This document shows positions 48,362 through 51,455 of a stretch of DNA of 51,455 bases, piece by piece. The DNA is from Candidatus Eiseniibacteriota bacterium. GTDB lineage: Bacteria > Eisenbacteria > RBG-16-71-46 > CAZEPH01. How positions within the stretch are numbered: position 1 is the stretch's first letter; each line of letters begins with the position of its first letter. A model generated the notes under the pieces. The model searched no databases. It had not been told where the DNA came from and saw only the letters and a list, made by a program, of their open reading frames with translations. The DNA lies in assembly GCA_044229145.1 (NCBI GenBank), contig JBGATO010000026.1, positions 1-51,455 of the forward strand, written 5' to 3'. The translations under genes were made by a program, and so were the position numbers.

Positions 48362-48392
48362 ACGCCCCCCGGCACTTGCGGCCGGGGGGCGT
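48362..48392. terminator. Hairpin between convergent genes
   Basis: ACGCCCCCCGGC/GCCGGGGGGCGT 12-bp stem. Confidence 0.7.
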
Positions 48393-48415
48393 CGTCATCT
48401 CCGCGTGGGGCGCGC

Positions 48416-50806
48416 TCAGCGCATCCACAACACCTTGCGGGTCGTTTCGCCGTCGCGCGTGGTGAGCCGCGCGAGATAGAGGCCGCTGGGGGATACCGCG
48501 CCGCTCACGTCGGTCCCCGGCCAGCGCACCGACGACGGCGTATCCGCTCCGAGCGTCAGCGACGACGTCCACACGCGCCGGCCCGACGGCGTGTAGAGCG
48601 CCAAGGTTGCGGGTCCGGCGTGCGGCGTTCGCAGCGCGAAGTCGACACCACGGCTCGACGCCCGCAGCCCGATGCCCGGCCGCGGCGCGGACGGCACAGC
48701 CGGCGGCTCGCTCGGCGGCGGCCCCACCGGCGATTGGCCGTCGCTCACCACCGATTGGTAGAAGATGCCGCCGTTGTTGAGGAGCACGAATCCGTCGGTG
48801 CCGGAGAACGGGATCAGCCAGCGCCGCGCGTCGTTCCACACCATGGTGTAGCCGTTGCGCTTGGCGGCCGGCGTGCCGTCCACGGTCTCCAGTGTCCAGG
48901 CGTAGGTGTCGAGGTCGAGGTAGTACAGTTCGTTCGAGTCGCCGATCACGCCCTGGACCGCGCCGCCGAACATGTACATCCGGTTCTGGTCCTCGACCAC
49001 TTCGCCGAGGACGTCGAACCGCGGCGCCGGATCGCCGGTGGTCGGCAGCAGCGACCAGGTCAGCGTGTTGTAATCGAAGGCCCACGAGTCGTTGAACATG
49101 CGCGTCGCGGGATCGTGAATCTCGGCCAGGGTATCCATGCCGCAGGCGATCACCATGCGGTCGTGCAGCGGATCGTCGACGTGAGCCATGCGCAGACGCG
49201 GCGTCGGCTTCACCGCATTGGGATCGGTATCGACCTCTGTCCACTGCAACGTCGTGAGATCGAGGATCCACGTGTCGTTCTTGCGCAACGACGCAGTGCC
49301 CAGCCCGCCGAACATCACGATGCGGTTGCGCGTCTTGTCGAGCACCGAAGACATGCCGGTGCGTACCGGCGGATCGTTCGACGTGACCAGTTGCGTCCAC
49401 GTCCAGTCGTTGAGGTCGAGTTGCCAGATGTCATTGGTGAAGTCGGCGTCGTTGCGGCCGCCAGCGAACACCAGCATACGCTGGCTGTGGTTCGGACCGT
49501 AGTCGGGGTCGTAGAACTCGCTGGCGCCGTACCGGCCGGGCGTGTAGCCGTTGGTGTTGATCTTCTGCCAGGTGAGCGCCGCCTGTCCGACCGGGCCATA
49601 GTTCAGCACCCAGGTTTCGTTGAACGAACTCGCCTCGAGTCCTGTCCAGCCGCCGAAGAACACCATGCGGTCGTGCGCGGCATCGTCCACCGCCATGCAG
49701 GCCATGCGGATCGGCGGCGCATTGCCGCTGTCCGGCACCGCCTCCCAGAAGTTGTTCGCCACATTCAGGGCGAAGCTGTCTTCGTAATAGGTGCCCGCGA
49801 CATCCTGGCCGCCGTAGAGCCACACGCGGCGGCCCAGCGGCGCGCCGAGCATCGCGACCTGGCCACGCGCCGCCGGCGCCGTGCCGCTCAGCACGAGCTT
49901 CGACCACACCTGGGGCGGCGACAGACTCAGGCTGAACACGTCGTTGTACGACTGCCCGTTGTCCGAACCACCGAACACCAGCAGTGCGTTGGAGACCGAG
50001 TCGAAGGCCGCCGCGACGTCGTAGCGAGGCGTGGGGTAGAGCCCGGACGGATTGAGCTTCGACCAGCCACTGTCGGCGAAGCTGAAGAGCCACACGTCGC
50101 TCAGGATGCCTGAGGCATCTTGCCCGCCGAACAACACGATGCGATCGCGGCCCGCCTGGTACGCCATGCCGGCGGCTTGGCGCGGCGTCGGTGCTTGCAA
50201 CTTGGGCGTCAACCGCGACCACGTGAGCGTCCCGAGGTCGAGCGCGTGCAGCGTGTCGCTCATCACGGTGCCTTCGTTGCCGCCGAACACCACCATGCGG
50301 TCGCGCATCAGATCGTAGATCGCGTTGTGCCGTGCGCGCGCCGCCGGCACGAGGCCGGTGGTCGCGATCTGTGTCCACGTGCGGGTATCGAGGTCGAGGC
50401 TCCACAGATCGGCGAGGTACCCGCCACTGCCGAGGCCGCCGTAGATCAGCATGCGATGCCGGGGCGCGTCGTAGATCGCGGTGTGACGATAGCGCGCCGG
50501 GGGCAAGGTGCCGAAGGTCGGCAGCGGTTCCCACGTCCGCGTGGTGAGGTCGAACCGCCAGGTGTCGTTGAGCGGTGTCAGATTGCCCGCGGCGAGCCGC
50601 TGTCCGCCGAATAGCACCAACCGGTTGTGCGGCGTGTCGGCGATCCACGAGGCGCCGCCGCGTGCCGCGGCCGGCTCGCCGGGCATCGGTGCCCAACGGT
50701 CGGTCGTCTCGACCCACGCGTGCGCGCGGGCGGCCAGCAGCAGCACGCCCAGTGTGACACTCCAGATGTGACGGCGCGCCTGCGCCAATCCTCGACTTCG
50801 GCTCAC
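48416..50806 (-). CDS. Secreted Kelch-repeat protein (about 12 repeats) with FlgD-like CTD
   Basis: AGGAG RBS before GTG 50806, signal peptide, repeated P..R.....YD..R.RM..FGG...D.W.LDL.T.TW; C-terminal LYTPSGRRV...W.GTD..G..SPSGLYLARL. Confidence 0.88.
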   Translation of the reverse strand: MSRSRGLAQARRHIWSVTLGVLLLAARAHAWVETTDRWAPMPGEPAAARGGASWIADTPHNRLVLFGGQRLAAGNLTPLNDTWRFDLTTRTWEPLPTFGTLPPARYRHTAIYDAPRHRMLIYGGLGSGGYLADLWSLDLDTRTWTQIATTGLVPAARARHNAIYDLMRDRMVVFGGNEGTVMSDTLHALDLGTLTWSRLTPKLQAPTPRQAAGMAYQAGRDRIVLFGGQDASGILSDVWLFSFADSGWSKLNPSGLYPTPRYDVAAAFDSVSNALLVFGGSDNGQSYNDVFSLSLSPPQVWSKLVLSGTAPAARGQVAMLGAPLGRRVWLYGGQDVAGTYYEDSFALNVANNFWEAVPDSGNAPPIRMACMAVDDAAHDRMVFFGGWTGLEASSFNETWVLNYGPVGQAALTWQKINTNGYTPGRYGASEFYDPDYGPNHSQRMLVFAGGRNDADFTNDIWQLDLNDWTWTQLVTSNDPPVRTGMSSVLDKTRNRIVMFGGLGTASLRKNDTWILDLTTLQWTEVDTDPNAVKPTPRLRMAHVDDPLHDRMVIACGMDTLAEIHDPATRMFNDSWAFDYNTLTWSLLPTTGDPAPRFDVLGEVVEDQNRMYMFGGAVQGVIGDSNELYYLDLDTYAWTLETVDGTPAAKRNGYTMVWNDARRWLIPFSGTDGFVLLNNGGIFYQSVVSDGQSPVGPPPSEPPAVPSAPRPGIGLRASSRGVDFALRTPHAGPATLALYTPSGRRVWTSSLTLGADTPSSVRWPGTDVSGAVSPSGLYLARLTTRDGETTRKVLWMR

Positions 50807-50930
50807 GCATACTCCTGATGGGACTTGAACGACGGCCACGCACGAGATGGCCCGGGCGCGGCGACGACCGTTACAAGGGTGCATCGCCGTGCGAGATGGC
50901 GTCAACCTCGGCCGGTCCGCGGCCGCGCGG

Positions 50931-51455
50931 TTACGCCGGTTGATGCTCCGGCCGCAGCAGGTCGAGCACCGTCTTCACCGGATTGAACACCGCGATCGGC
51001 ACCTCGACGAAGACGGTGTTCCACCGCGCCATCGCCCCGTTCCACAAGCCCGGGCGCTCCAGAGCCTTGAGCGCGCGGCCTCCCGCCGACTTCGCAGTGA
51101 CGATGGCGGCATCGGGGTCGACGAAGGCGTGCAGCGGATAGGGGTGGCCGCTGGCGTCGCGCACGGCGCAGACCAGGAAGACCGGGTTGAAGTGCGTCGC
51201 TGCGCGCAGGATGGCCTGCGCCGCGGCGTCGTGCGGATCGACCTGCGCGCTCTCGACGATTTGCAGGCTGGTCGAACCGTCGGCCTCGCGCACCCAGAAG
51301 GGGCCACCGCCAGGCTCGCCGGTGTTGACCACCATGCCGCAGACCCGCAGCGGACGCGCCAGCATCTGCTGCGCACAGGCGCGGCGCTCCACCGGAGTTC
51401 CCGCCGGGACCGTGACGCCGAAGGCCTCATGGAGAAACGCACAGGCGTCCTCCGG
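50931..51455 (-). CDS. DUF4301 family protein (C-terminal part; 5' end outside window)
   Basis: RPLRVCGMV.NTGEPGGGPFWV, LQIVESAQ, THFNPV, KALERPGLWNGAM, FNPVKTV.DLLR.EHQ. Confidence 0.9.
   Translation of the reverse strand, partial: PEDACAFLHEAFGVTVPAGTPVERRACAQQMLARPLRVCGMVVNTGEPGGGPFWVREADGSTSLQIVESAQVDPHDAAAQAILRAATHFNPVFLVCAVRDASGHPYPLHAFVDPDAAIVTAKSAGGRALKALERPGLWNGAMARWNTVFVEVPIAVFNPVKTVLDLLRPEHQPA

Noticed and set aside
1..51455. CRISPR array, rRNA/tRNA (including selC), IS elements, prophage, retroelements
   Set aside because: No regularly spaced repeats, RNA-gene signatures, or transposase, integrase or reverse-transcriptase motifs seen; the repeats present are protein-level (Kelch, BNR, GGP).

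Overview
GC-rich bacterial chromosomal segment of about 37 genes, with no rRNA, tRNA, CRISPR array or transposase/integrase detected. The secreted-protein C-termini resemble what I recall from Ca. Eisenbacteria/Krumholzibacteriota-like lineages; this taxonomy is inference only. In order: (1) a small defence-like islet (edge-truncated HNH-type nuclease missed by the ORF track, plus a small protein/nucleotidyltransferase pair); (2) acr3-arsC; (3) a Cys/His/Pro-rich leader ORF followed by cupredoxin-TolC-CusB-CusA; (4) many secreted proteins (BNR and Kelch propellers, matrixin, GH13, thioester-domain protein, OM barrel, lipoprotein, lone type IV pilin) interspersed with housekeeping genes (GS-like, hemH, acyl-CoA ligase, DUF885, desulfurase-like, MFS, TetR/desaturase, DUF47-PiT, FHA-GAF-PP2C, DUF4301). 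Best findings: an exported thioredoxin-TPR protein with an in-frame UGA exactly at the catalytic position (W-U-H-T-C) followed by a hairpin, a probable selenoprotein that the ORF track splits in two; a short C-terminal 'TWGx[IV]Kxx[YF]' tag on three unrelated secreted proteins, never on the same protein as the FlgD/T9SS-like CTD carried by five others, suggesting an uncharacterised sorting system; a class II-like thioester domain carrying that tag; a CutF/CruR-like leader peptide before the copper efflux operon; and a pseudo-sulfotransferase-TPR-radical SAM fusion divergent from the pilin. All family calls are from motif recognition by eye; no searches were run.
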